Of a stretch of DNA of 64,000 nt, positions 28,579-38,480 are shown in pieces; the stretch's first letter is position 1, and each line of letters opens with the position of its first letter. The position numbers were made by a program, and so were the translations under genes. The notes under the pieces are model-generated. The model was not told the origin of the DNA. It saw nothing but the letters and a program-made list of their open reading frames with translations, and did no database searches. This DNA is from Erysipelotrichaceae bacterium (GTDB taxonomy: Bacteria; Bacillota_I; Bacilli_A; Erysipelotrichales; Erysipelotrichaceae): assembly GCA_034168985.1 (NCBI GenBank), contig JAXFJE010000009.1, positions 14,816-78,815 on the forward strand. Direction: 5' to 3'.

Positions 28579-29712
28579 ATGACAAAATTTGGTGAATTTG
28601 TGGTTAGTCCTAAATTTGTGCCCCTATTTTTTCTACTATTATTTTTGATGATATATTTAAATTACTATTGCTTTGCTTTAATTTGTGCCATGTTTGGTTG
28701 GAAGCTATCGTGGTTGATGATAGCGATAATGGCAATTATTCCTATGCTATATGTTATGTTGGCAAAGCAAAAAAGCTATGGAAAAGTTAGGAAAGTGTTT
28801 GGCAAGATATTTGGTTACTATTTTTCTTTGTTTATTTGTTTTAGTATTTGCTTTGCGGCATGGTTTTTGATCAGAATGATAGTAAATATCTTATTTTTAG
28901 ATACCATGTATGATGAAGGGCTGATTGTGGCAGGGATAGCTGCACTTATTTTATATGGCTTTGGTTTTATGAAAACCAAACAAATTAAGAAAGTACTGTA
29001 CGAGGTAGCTATACCGGGCAGTGTTAATAATTATCGTATAGCCTTGCTTAGTGATCTGCATCTTGGTCAATTTGTGAAAGTAGAACATCTTTATAAGTTA
29101 GTTGATATGATCAATGCTAATCACGTAGATCTTGTGGTGATTGCTGGCGATATCTTTAATGATGGCTTCGTGGAAGAATGTGATGATTTAGCTGATGTCT
29201 GTGCTGCTTTTCGAAAGATCAAAGCAAATGATGGCATAGTTGCTGTTGGTGGCAATCATGATCCTAACAGTGATGAGATCAGCTTTAGAAATTTTCTTTC
29301 ACAAGCAGGAATAACTTTATTAAGTGATGATAGTGTAATGATCAAACAAATGAGGTTTATTGGGCGTAAAGCATATACAACTAGACGAGTTGATCAGCGT
29401 AAATGCTTGCATGATCTCATGATGCCAAGTGGAGCCAAAGTCAATATCATCATCGATCATGATCCGATTGGGATCGATGAAGCTATTCAGGCGCAAGCTG
29501 AGCTCATTTTGTGTGGGCATACGCATAGAGGACAATTTTTCCCTATGAACATAATCGTTGGTCATGCATATAAAAAGGGACATTTTTGGGGCAAGCATAA
29601 GTTATCTAATACATGGGCCATCGTATCAGCAGGAGCAGGGTTTTTTCAATTACCAATGAGGATTGGTAGTGAAAACGAATGTATCTTCATTGATTTAAAA
29701 GATCAGGCCTGA
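28579..29712 (+). CDS. Membrane-anchored metallophosphoesterase
   Basis: N-terminal TM helices, then the calcineurin-like motifs SDLHLG, AGDIFN, GGNHD and CGHTHRGQ. Confidence 0.8.
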   Translation: MTKFGEFVVSPKFVPLFFLLLFLMIYLNYYCFALICAMFGWKLSWLMIAIMAIIPMLYVMLAKQKSYGKVRKVFGKIFGYYFSLFICFSICFAAWFLIRMIVNILFLDTMYDEGLIVAGIAALILYGFGFMKTKQIKKVLYEVAIPGSVNNYRIALLSDLHLGQFVKVEHLYKLVDMINANHVDLVVIAGDIFNDGFVEECDDLADVCAAFRKIKANDGIVAVGGNHDPNSDEISFRNFLSQAGITLLSDDSVMIKQMRFIGRKAYTTRRVDQRKCLHDLMMPSGAKVNIIIDHDPIGIDEAIQAQAELILCGHTHRGQFFPMNIIVGHAYKKGHFWGKHKLSNTWAIVSAGAGFFQLPMRIGSENECIFIDLKDQA

Positions 29713-29736
29713 TAAAAATAGGAAAGAAATAGATTA

Positions 29737-30344
29737 TGAAAAATGAATTATTAACGATTGGACCGATTACGATTTATATGTGTGCTCTAATGATTGCTTT
29801 GCGGTTGGAACAGCTTGTTATATGGTCATCTTTTTAGCTAAGAAATGAGGTTTAGATCAGGAAATCATCGATAAATTATTTTGGATTTGCGTGTTGGCAG
29901 GTTATATTGGAGCCAAAGGATGATATTGGTTAACGATCATTGATGAAATATGGTTAGAGCCTAAACTATTGTGGGAAACGATCACAAGTGGCTGAGTAGT
30001 TTATGGGGCGTGATTGCGGGAATACTGGCAGATATCTTGTATGTGCGCCCAATGGCGAAGCTTTATTTCCTACTTAGATCATCTCTAGTTTGTTTGATTT
30101 AGCATTATTTATCATCTTACTTATCGTATATAAGTTACAAAAGGATGATGGTATTGCTACTTCGATATATTTGCTAGTTTATAGTGTGGAGCGCTTTATT
30201 ATTGAGTTTTATCGCGGTGATAGCGTTAGAGGATTTATTGGTGTATTATCAACCTCTCAGTTTATTGCGATCTTTATGTTTGTGATAGGTGGCTATCTGC
30301 TTTATAAAAAGCTTATACATAACGCTAAGATCAAAAATTGTTAA
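29737..30344 (+). pseudogene. lgt: Prolipoprotein diacylglyceryl transferase, decayed
   Basis: Lgt-like pieces lie in three frames: MKNELLTIGPITIY.., ..DKLFWICVLAGYIGAK.., and C-terminal YLLVYSVERFIIEFYRGDS..LSTSQ. Several in-frame stops are present. The total span of about 0.6 kb is shorter than an intact lgt. Confidence 0.7.
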
Positions 30345-30361
30345 AACAAAAAGGAGAAAAT

Positions 30362-31246
30362 ATGGATAAAATCATAGTTATAACTGATAGTAATAGTGGA
30401 ATCAGCCCAGCAGTTGCCAGTAATATGGGAATTGGGGTAATCGCGATGCCTTTTGTCATCGACGGCGAAACATATTATGAAAAAGAAGATATTAGTGATG
30501 AAAAGTTTTATGAAGCATTAGAGAAAAAGTTAAAGATTTCCACATCTCAACCTGCAGTTGGCAGTTTATATGCTTGTTGGCAAAAGTATTTAGAGCATTA
30601 TGATCAGCTCATTTATATCCCTATGTCCAGTGCGTTAAGCAATTCGTATGAAACTGCTGTGATGTTGGCATCTCAGCCAGAATTTATGGATAAAGTATAT
30701 GTTGTAGATAATCGCAGGATTTCCTTGACCCAAACAGAAAGTGTAAAGGATGCTTTATATCTGATAAAAAAAGGTTATCATGCCAAAACGATCAAAGAAA
30801 TATTAGATAGCGATGCAAAACAAAGTGTTATTTATTTGATGGTCAATGATCTAGACTATCTAAAAAGAGGGGGAAGGATCTCAAAGACGGCTTCAATAGT
30901 GGGAACAACCCTAAATATCAAACCTATCTTGAGCATTAAAGGTGAAAAGCTAGAATTCTATGGCAGGGCCCATGGTATGAAGCAAGCGATAAAAAAGATG
31001 GAAGATGCTTTGGAAAATGATATGCGGACAACCTTTGCAGTCTTAAAGAAGACAGGAAATTTAAAAGTAGGTTTAGCCTATACCAAAGCTGATGAAAAGC
31101 TAATTGCAACGGTCAAAGAAAGTCTACAAAAAAGATTTCCCGATTTACCATTTATCGAAGGACCAATAACGATGAGTATTGCTTGTCATACCGGTCCTAA
31201 TGCCATAGGTGTTGGGTTAGTTAAAAGTTATGATATCTTACGTTAG
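30362..31246 (+). CDS. DegV-family fatty-acid-binding protein
   Basis: MDKIIVITDSNSGISP, TSQPAVGS and DLDYLKRGGRIS. Confidence 0.85.
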   Translation: MDKIIVITDSNSGISPAVASNMGIGVIAMPFVIDGETYYEKEDISDEKFYEALEKKLKISTSQPAVGSLYACWQKYLEHYDQLIYIPMSSALSNSYETAVMLASQPEFMDKVYVVDNRRISLTQTESVKDALYLIKKGYHAKTIKEILDSDAKQSVIYLMVNDLDYLKRGGRISKTASIVGTTLNIKPILSIKGEKLEFYGRAHGMKQAIKKMEDALENDMRTTFAVLKKTGNLKVGLAYTKADEKLIATVKESLQKRFPDLPFIEGPITMSIACHTGPNAIGVGLVKSYDILR

Positions 31247-31374
31247 TTAGTCTTTAAACTAAGAAAGATCACTGTTTTGTAATTTCATAATAAAAATACC
31301 CCTCCCCCTAGTTGTCTAGGATTTGGGGTACATGTCAATAACAGGGTTCATTTCATTGTCCGCGTTTTATGAAT

Positions 31375-31740
31375 TTAAAATAAAATGAAACTAAAGATGA
31401 TCCCAATGAAACTAGCAATTAAAGCAAAGGCACATAAACTCGCTCCAAAATAACTTAAGCGCACCTTTCTTTTGACACCTTCGGGATTGTTATCATAGTT
31501 TTGACAGTAGTAAAGGATATTTTCACTGAATAGCTTGTAATATACATATCCGATGATCGCAACAAAAGTGGTGATGATCAAACTGAAATTGAGATAAGTT
31601 AGAATCATGGTTCTTTTATTATTAAGCAAGTTGAAACTAATGATTACCGCAATGATCGCAATGATTAAACATGGTAGCAGCCACTTTTTTAATTTAAGAA
31701 TTTTGTGGGCCTTACTTAGATATTTTTCTTGTTCGCTCAT
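31375..31740 (-). CDS. Small membrane protein, unknown function
   Basis: 121 aa with 3 hydrophobic helices. Confidence 0.4.
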   Translation of the reverse strand: MSEQEKYLSKAHKILKLKKWLLPCLIIAIIAVIISFNLLNNKRTMILTYLNFSLIITTFVAIIGYVYYKLFSENILYYCQNYDNNPEGVKRKVRLSYFGASLCAFALIASFIGIIFSFILF

Positions 31741-31832
31741 GATATGATCTCCTTTACTACATTATAAGTTATTCTTTTTGAGTTGACAATATATTAATTA
31801 TATATTTCTTATTTTTCTTATTTAAAATGAAT

Positions 31833-31863
31833 AAAAAAAAGCCCGAAACATAGAGTTTCGAGC
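31833..31863 (-). terminator. Terminator after pfp
   Basis: The minus strand reads AGCTCGAAAC-tctat-GTTTCGGGCT followed by T8. Confidence 0.7.
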
Positions 31864-31870
31864 TAATTGT

Positions 31871-33529
31871 TTATTCTTGTTCTAAAGCTAATGTTTTAGT
31901 AGTAATGTCACATACTTCTGCAGGTCCGTAGTATTGGATTGCGCCTGGATATACATAGCATGTTTCAGTTGCCCATTGTTCACGGTTAGCTTCGAAGAAT
32001 TTGAATGGTTTACCTTCTAATTCTACTAAAGCTTTTTTGATAACTGGTTTATCTTCACCGTGTCTTCTTTCAATGTTCATCATCTTAGTGATTGGCATAC
32101 CACCAGCTACCCATTCATTTGCTGGTTTAGATAGGTTAGAGATCTTTGATAAGTATCCATTATAACCGTATTGGATCAACATGAAAGCATTGTATCCTAA
32201 TGAATAGCAGTAATCAGAATCAAAGTTAGATGGGAATGCACATCTTCCTTCATATCCTAAGAAATGGTGTAATGGATTGAATTTACCAGTATATGTACCA
32301 GCTGCTTTTCTTTCATCTAATTTAGCTTTAACTAAAGCAGAGAATAATTTTTCAGATTCGATCAATGAAACTTGAACGTTTCCATGTGGATCTCTTTCTA
32401 AGAATAATTGTTGTTGGATCGTTTCAGGAAGGATGGCAAATACTTCCATAGATTCTTTGGTCAAACCATTTTCGATGAAAGCATATTTATCTTTCCAAGT
32501 AGGAAGTTCATTGAATGCATCAGCTTTGCTTCCTGCTAATAATTCATTGATTTCGTGGATCAATACAGAGAATTCAGGAACGAATTCAACGACACCTTCA
32601 GGGATGATCGCAACCCCAAAGTTCATACCTTTTGCTGCACGATTTGCAACGGAATCAGCGATATAATCAGCGATTTGTGATAAAGACATTTTCTTAGCTG
32701 AAACTTCTTCAGAAATCAAGCAAATGTTTGGTTGTGTTTCTAATGCACATTCCAAAGCAACGTGAGAAGCAGAACGTCCCATAACTTTGATGAAGTGCCA
32801 GTATTTTTTAGCTGAGTTAGCATCTCTTTCGATGTTACCGATGATTTCGCTATAAGTTTTAGTAGCGGTATCAAAACCGAATGAACATTCGATATCTTCG
32901 TTTTTAAGGTCACCGTCGATAGTTTTTGGACATCCGATGACTTGTACGCCTGTATCATGAGCTGCAAAATATTCAGCTAAGACAGCAGCATTAGTATTTG
33001 AATCATCACCACCGATGATAACGATAGCTGTGATACCATGTTTTTTACAAACGTCTGCAACGATTGCGAATTGTTCTTGGGTTTCTAATTTAGTACGTCC
33101 AGAACCGATGATATCAAAACCACCAGTATTGCGGTATTCATTGATGTATGCATCATCGAATACTAAGTAGTCATCATTGATCAAACCAATAGGACCATTT
33201 TTGAAGCCATATAGTTCGTTTTCTTTATTAGTTGCTTTTAAAGCATCATATAAACCACAGATGACATTGTGTCCACCTGGAGCTTGTCCACCAGATAAGA
33301 TTACACCCACAACTTGTTTCTTAGCTGCTGATGTATTTTCCCCTTTAGCAAATGTAATTTCTTTTTTTCCATAAGTGTTTGGGAATAAAGCTTTGATCTT
33401 TTCTTGATCAGCTACGCTTTGAGTTTCTTCGCCTTCTTTGACACAGATATCAGCGATACCATTTCTTAACATGCCAGGAAGCTTAGGTGAATACTCATAT
33501 CTAGCTTTTTGTAATGCTGAAATTTTCAT
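31871..33529 (-). CDS. pfp: Pyrophosphate-dependent phosphofructokinase (long form)
   Basis: 552 aa. [22 protein letters not shown] and KTIDGDL are PFK motifs in the PPi-type long architecture. Confidence 0.8.
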   Translation of the reverse strand: MKISALQKARYEYSPKLPGMLRNGIADICVKEGEETQSVADQEKIKALFPNTYGKKEITFAKGENTSAAKKQVVGVILSGGQAPGGHNVICGLYDALKATNKENELYGFKNGPIGLINDDYLVFDDAYINEYRNTGGFDIIGSGRTKLETQEQFAIVADVCKKHGITAIVIIGGDDSNTNAAVLAEYFAAHDTGVQVIGCPKTIDGDLKNEDIECSFGFDTATKTYSEIIGNIERDANSAKKYWHFIKVMGRSASHVALECALETQPNICLISEEVSAKKMSLSQIADYIADSVANRAAKGMNFGVAIIPEGVVEFVPEFSVLIHEINELLAGSKADAFNELPTWKDKYAFIENGLTKESMEVFAILPETIQQQLFLERDPHGNVQVSLIESEKLFSALVKAKLDERKAAGTYTGKFNPLHHFLGYEGRCAFPSNFDSDYCYSLGYNAFMLIQYGYNGYLSKISNLSKPANEWVAGGMPITKMMNIERRHGEDKPVIKKALVELEGKPFKFFEANREQWATETCYVYPGAIQYYGPAEVCDITTKTLALEQE

Positions 33530-33806
33530 GTTTTGTCTCCTTTTTATACGTTTAAATTTTATGATATTTCCTTTAAAAAGTAAATATGAATTATTGTGAT
33601 ATCTTAAATGTAAGGGATTAATTTATCCTAGTTTTAAATTGCTTCATATATTGTTGTGATCTTTGTTTGAAAGATTTGCATTTTAAATAGCACGTAGCCT
33701 GAAATATTCATAAAAAACGAGCCTATGTTATTTTTTTGTGCTTATCTTCTAATTAAAACATAGATTTATGGTATCATATATAGATAAAGAAAAGAGGTTT
33801 GATGAT

Positions 33807-34628
33807 ATGATCATTGCGTTTGATTTAGATGGTAGCTTACTTAATAGTAAAAAAGCAATAAGCCCTTTGACCTTAAAGGTCCTATCTCTGTTAAAAAATC
33901 AAGGTCATATCTTGATCCCATGTACGGGAAGATCATTGCAAGGTTTGCCTGCGGAATTGTTGACGCCAGGTTTTTGTGATTATGCGATCTTAAGCAATGG
34001 AGCGATTATTTATGATATGCAAAAGCAAGCTACCCTTTTTACCTCTTGTTTTACTAGTGAGGAATTTGCTAAGATCATCGATCTTTTGACGCCTTATAAA
34101 GTTGATATCGATTATAACGCGGATGGTCAGGTGTTTTCAGATCGTTATAGTATCGAGCATCTTGATCGCTATCATATCCAACCTGAATTGCTTCCAATGA
34201 TCAAACGAAGCCGCACGATCGTTGAAGATATCAAGGAAGATGTCGTGGATAATAAGCGCCAAGTTAATCGAGCAAATATCTTTTTTGAAGATCTAGCTTT
34301 GAGAAGTCAGCTTTTTGCGCAAAAAGAAACATTGCCTTTTGATCTAACAACTTCTGTGCCACATAATGGTGAAATTACGAAAAAAGGTATCAATAAAGGC
34401 TTTGGTATCAAATATATGTGTCAACACTTGCAGCTTCCATTAGATCAAGTCATGTTTTTTGGTGATGCGGATAATGATAAAGAAGCTTTGGCCTTAGATA
34501 TCAATAGTGTTTTGATGTGCAATGGCAATGATGAATTAAAGCAGGTAGCCAAACAAATTACAGCTTGGGATAATGATCACGATGGCTTAGCTAAATATCT
34601 GATCAATTACTTTAAGCTATCAATATAG
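33807..34628 (+). CDS. HAD-superfamily Cof-type hydrolase
   Basis: Starts MIIAFDLDGSLL (motif I) after RBS AAAGAGG. GDADNDKEA is motif IV. Confidence 0.8.
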   Translation: MIIAFDLDGSLLNSKKAISPLTLKVLSLLKNQGHILIPCTGRSLQGLPAELLTPGFCDYAILSNGAIIYDMQKQATLFTSCFTSEEFAKIIDLLTPYKVDIDYNADGQVFSDRYSIEHLDRYHIQPELLPMIKRSRTIVEDIKEDVVDNKRQVNRANIFFEDLALRSQLFAQKETLPFDLTTSVPHNGEITKKGINKGFGIKYMCQHLQLPLDQVMFFGDADNDKEALALDINSVLMCNGNDELKQVAKQITAWDNDHDGLAKYLINYFKLSI

Positions 34629-34638
34629 GAGAAAATGC

Positions 34639-35136
34639 ATGAATTTTAATGATAAAGATATTTTACAATTTAAAGAATTGTTACAAACGACAACGTTACA
34701 ACAAGGCTATCAAAAACTACAAACCTTATTGAATCAGTTAAAAATAGATGTTGCGAAAAAATATCCCACATTTAAGGTGCAAAACACGGTCATGGAAAAT
34801 AAGATGGATTATGCTTATTTTCAATTGCAAGATCAAGCTTTGAAAGATCATGGTTTAAAATTAGCCATTATTTTTGATTATCAGCGTTTCAGCATGAAAG
34901 TTTGGATCTCAGGAGCTAATCGTCAAGTCCAAACACATTACCATCAATTCCTACTAGCGCAAAAAGATCAGTCTTTAGTTTTATCTAACGATCCTAAGCG
35001 TCAAGATTTTATTGTTAGCTATGATCTAAATATCAGTGGTACCTATGAAGATATCTTGTTAGATATAACTAGGGTCATAGATCTTGCTTATCAGCAAGCG
35101 ATCCTATGGCCTTGCATCCAAGTTGGCAAAATATAA
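34639..35136 (+). CDS. Hypothetical cytoplasmic protein
   Basis: 165 aa. RBS GGAG upstream. No motif recognised. Confidence 0.4.
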   Translation: MNFNDKDILQFKELLQTTTLQQGYQKLQTLLNQLKIDVAKKYPTFKVQNTVMENKMDYAYFQLQDQALKDHGLKLAIIFDYQRFSMKVWISGANRQVQTHYHQFLLAQKDQSLVLSNDPKRQDFIVSYDLNISGTYEDILLDITRVIDLAYQQAILWPCIQVGKI

Positions 35137-35138
35137 TT

Positions 35139-35618
35139 ATGCGCAGTGAAGCTGCTTTAAAACAAGCCATTGACAAATACGGGGATATGGTCAAACGTAT
35201 TTGCATGGTTCATTTAAAAAATCATGCTGACATGGAAGATATCTTTCAAAATGTATTTTTGCGTTACTATCAAGATGATACGGATTTTGTTAGTGAGGAG
35301 CATGAAAAAGCATGGATGATCAAAGTGACGATCAATGCATGTAAAGATCTGTTGAAAAGCTTTTTTCATCGTCAGATGGTACCGCTTGATGATTATATCA
35401 ATAGTTATGGTACGACTAATGATGAGCATAAACATGTATTGAGCTGCTTATTGCAGTTGCCACCTAAATATAAGTTGACATTATACTTATATTATTATGA
35501 AGGATATAAGGTAGAAGAAATCGCCAAGATCTTAAAGAAAAAACCGGCATCTATCTATTCACTTTTGCAAAGAGGGCGAATGATGATGAAGGACGTTTTA
35601 AGTGATGAAGAGGTATAA
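35139..35618 (+). CDS. Sigma-70 family (ECF-like) RNA polymerase sigma factor
   Basis: Region 2 reads EDIFQNVFLRYYQ. Region 4 HTH reads YEGYKVEEIAKILKKKPASIYSLLQRGR. The start is uncertain (35106 or 35139). Confidence 0.75.
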   Translation: MRSEAALKQAIDKYGDMVKRICMVHLKNHADMEDIFQNVFLRYYQDDTDFVSEEHEKAWMIKVTINACKDLLKSFFHRQMVPLDDYINSYGTTNDEHKHVLSCLLQLPPKYKLTLYLYYYEGYKVEEIAKILKKKPASIYSLLQRGRMMMKDVLSDEEV

Positions 35619-35639
35619 ATAGAAAAGAAGGTAAAAATA

Positions 35640-36503
35640 TTGAATATTAATTTTTTTGATCGTAAAAAAATATGTTTGTTGGTTAGCATCGTCGTTATGG
35701 GCATGAGCTTAGGGGCTTTTTTTGATTATGGTTTATCGCAAAATTTATATCAACAACAAAGCCGCTTTGCCTTATTTTTTGCTGCATATGGCCAGTTACC
35801 ATTTAATATCGGATTTGCGATGTGCGGTACGATGATGTTGATGATTGCCAACAATTATGCGCTGCCTAAACGCAGGATCATTCAAGCTTTAGGTTTGATC
35901 TTAAATTTGACCTGTTTTTTGATTGGGACGATATCACCTACGAAGTTTTTAGCTGAATATAATATCGTGATCTTGATGATCCAAAATGTGGCCTTATTGT
36001 TGATCGTGGATTGTTTGGTCTATCAATATTTGAAAGATGTGGAAGTTAAGAAGCTAGAAAGTTATATCAAATTTGTATTCATCGTCTTGGTTGGTCAGTT
36101 GATCTTGGTCAATGTCCTTAAATTATGGTGGGGTCGCCCTAGGATGCGGATGATCGTGGCTAATGATGATGCTTATTTTTTACCATGGTTTCGCTTTGAT
36201 CATAGCTTGCGGACATTATTGCTTGTCAAAGGTATCCCGTTGGAAGAATTTAAATCATTTCCAAGTGGCCATACGGCGTGTGCTAGCTGCATCTTGATCT
36301 ATGCGCTATTGCCATTGTTGAAAAGCGATGATAATAAGCACTTGGCGAATGGCTTATTTGCGCTAGGAATGGTATATATCGTGATTGTTGCGTTATCGCG
36401 AATTGTTGCAGGTGCACATTTTTTAAGTGATGTGACGGGTGGTTTTGCATGTTGTATCTTGATCATCTATGTTGCATATCGTTATAGTTTTGAAACAAAG
36501 TAA
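35640..36503 (+). CDS. PAP2-family membrane phosphatase
   Basis: TTG start. KSFPSGHTACAS and SRIVAGAHFLSDV are PAP2 motifs C2/C3. Confidence 0.75.
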   Translation: MNINFFDRKKICLLVSIVVMGMSLGAFFDYGLSQNLYQQQSRFALFFAAYGQLPFNIGFAMCGTMMLMIANNYALPKRRIIQALGLILNLTCFLIGTISPTKFLAEYNIVILMIQNVALLLIVDCLVYQYLKDVEVKKLESYIKFVFIVLVGQLILVNVLKLWWGRPRMRMIVANDDAYFLPWFRFDHSLRTLLLVKGIPLEEFKSFPSGHTACASCILIYALLPLLKSDDNKHLANGLFALGMVYIVIVALSRIVAGAHFLSDVTGGFACCILIIYVAYRYSFETK

Positions 36504-36549
36504 TTGATCAAAGCTTGGGGGAATATCTTTGATCTAGAAGGGGAATACC

Positions 36550-37239
36550 ATGAATAGATTTAATCATCATAAGGTAATGTATAGCATTATCATCTTTTTT
36601 AGCTGTCAGGTCTTATCGCTTATGATCATTTTCTATCCTGATCGCTATCCATCGTTACAATGGGTCTTCATAGGGGCTTTGATCGTTTTGGCTTGTTCGA
36701 TCATCAGTGATTTTTGTGCCTTTGCGATCATTAGAAAATTGGAGCGCCAATTAGATGAAGAAGTACAGATCAAAAAGATGATCAAACTAAATACCTATAA
36801 TGATGATTTTTTTGATTTTGCAGCAATGCAACAACGTAATATTCGCTTTTTTTATCATGATCTCAGTAATCATATCATTACCTTGGATATCTTGAAAAAG
36901 CAAGGTAAGACCGCGGAGATCGCGGCATATAATCAAAAACTGAAAGAACGTTATGAAAATGTTTTGCCAATGATCAAGACCGGTAATTACTTTTTAGATA
37001 TCATTGGTCAATATTGTTATGAAGAACATAAGTGCTTGTTACGCTTTGAAGGTGCGGTGAAAAATGAACAATATAAGCAGCTTCTGTGGTTTATCCAAAA
37101 GATCATGCCGTATTGTGAAAATAATGAAGTACAAGTGATCATTAAAGATGATGGTGAGGTTACATTTATAATGCCAATCGTCAATGAGACGATCAAACAA
37201 GATGCCTTGATGTGTGGCTATGAGGTTCATCAGGCATGA
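36550..37239 (+). CDS. Truncated AgrC/HPK10-like sensor: 2 TM + H-box, no ATP-binding G-boxes
   Basis: 229 aa. FFYHDLSNHI is an H-box (His103, nt 36856-36858). KTGNYFLDIIGQY follows. The protein ends before any DxGxG/GxGxG motif. Confidence 0.55.
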   Translation: MNRFNHHKVMYSIIIFFSCQVLSLMIIFYPDRYPSLQWVFIGALIVLACSIISDFCAFAIIRKLERQLDEEVQIKKMIKLNTYNDDFFDFAAMQQRNIRFFYHDLSNHIITLDILKKQGKTAEIAAYNQKLKERYENVLPMIKTGNYFLDIIGQYCYEEHKCLLRFEGAVKNEQYKQLLWFIQKIMPYCENNEVQVIIKDDGEVTFIMPIVNETIKQDALMCGYEVHQA

Positions 37240-38480
37240 ACGTATTTTATATCAACAGTATCTTATTAGCTTTTATGATAGCTTATTATTTCAATGAGAT
37301 GATGCCTAGCACGCGAAAATGGCGGGATTATTGCATGCTAGTGGGCTTTTATATTGTTCATATGATCATCGTTACGATGATATTAGATCGACCAGGTGGC
37401 CAGCATGATCAGCCTTTTGTAAGATTGATTCTTGCGTCAGCGTTAATGATCGCATTCTTAAAGTGGTTAAAGAAGGTTAGCTGGTTAGAAGCGATCTTTT
37501 GGCATTGTGGTTATTTGTTGATGGCTATAGCTTGCGAGATCAGTGCCATGGTCATTACGATGTTTTTGGTGAATTTTGATATGGCTGTTTTTTTTGCACA
37601 GATTAATCAGAATTTCTATACTTTTTTGATTAGTGATATGCTATCATTCTTGGCAATATATTTTGCCGTATATTTTCGTAATCGCTGGCGTCGTAAATAT
37701 GAAAAACTAACTTTATTGATCATTTTTCTTTCTTATCAATTCATGATGTTATATCTATCATCTTTTAAGATGAACGTAGGTTGGCAAGCTAGTGGCATCG
37801 TTTTTATTAGTTTTATCTTTTTGCTGGTAATTGTGGATAGTGTGGCTTTTTATTTGATCAAAGAGATTTATTATCATATGAAAGATGATAAATATTCGCA
37901 GATGGAAGCAATGCTTAGCCAGCAAATGCAAGCTCAATTTGATCGCTTGTTTGAAAAACAACAAGTGTTGGAAGAAATATATGATGAAATACTGGGAAAT
38001 TCTACGGATATCCTTAAATTAGAAGCTTATCGTAACGAACTTAAAGAAATCCATAATCATTTTTATTGTGAACACGCCCCGGTAAATGCAATGTTAGATT
38101 ATTATGATGCTTTATGTGATGAACATGGTATTGCCTTTGAGGTCAATTTTAAAGGTGCTTTGCCTAAAGCTATCGATGTTTTTGATCTTAATACGTTGTT
38201 GATCAATTGTTTACAAAACGCTATGGATGAAGTTGTGGGGAGCGATAAGGGCTGGATCAAGCTTGAGGTTGCCTGCAAAGATATGATGTTATTTTTACAA
38301 TGCACAAACAGTTTGAACCATGATCAAAAACCTAAGAAGGTTAAAAAGATTGCGGGAAATGGCAAGTATATCGTGAAAAATATCGTAGCGAAATATGGAG
38401 GATATTATGCATTTGATATCTTAGCGGATCAAGCAAAGGTCACGATCAATCTTACGTTAAAAGGAGCAAATAGCCAATGA
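37236..38480 (+). CDS. AgrC/HPK10-like membrane GHKL protein lacking the phospho-acceptor His
   Basis: 414 aa with about 6 TM helices. N-box LINCLQNAMDE and G-box AGNGKYIVKNIVAKYGG. The position aligned to the paralog's RH reads QA (Ala233, nt 37932-37934). Confidence 0.6.
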   Translation: MNVFYINSILLAFMIAYYFNEMMPSTRKWRDYCMLVGFYIVHMIIVTMILDRPGGQHDQPFVRLILASALMIAFLKWLKKVSWLEAIFWHCGYLLMAIACEISAMVITMFLVNFDMAVFFAQINQNFYTFLISDMLSFLAIYFAVYFRNRWRRKYEKLTLLIIFLSYQFMMLYLSSFKMNVGWQASGIVFISFIFLLVIVDSVAFYLIKEIYYHMKDDKYSQMEAMLSQQMQAQFDRLFEKQQVLEEIYDEILGNSTDILKLEAYRNELKEIHNHFYCEHAPVNAMLDYYDALCDEHGIAFEVNFKGALPKAIDVFDLNTLLINCLQNAMDEVVGSDKGWIKLEVACKDMMLFLQCTNSLNHDQKPKKVKKIAGNGKYIVKNIVAKYGGYYAFDILADQAKVTINLTLKGANSQ

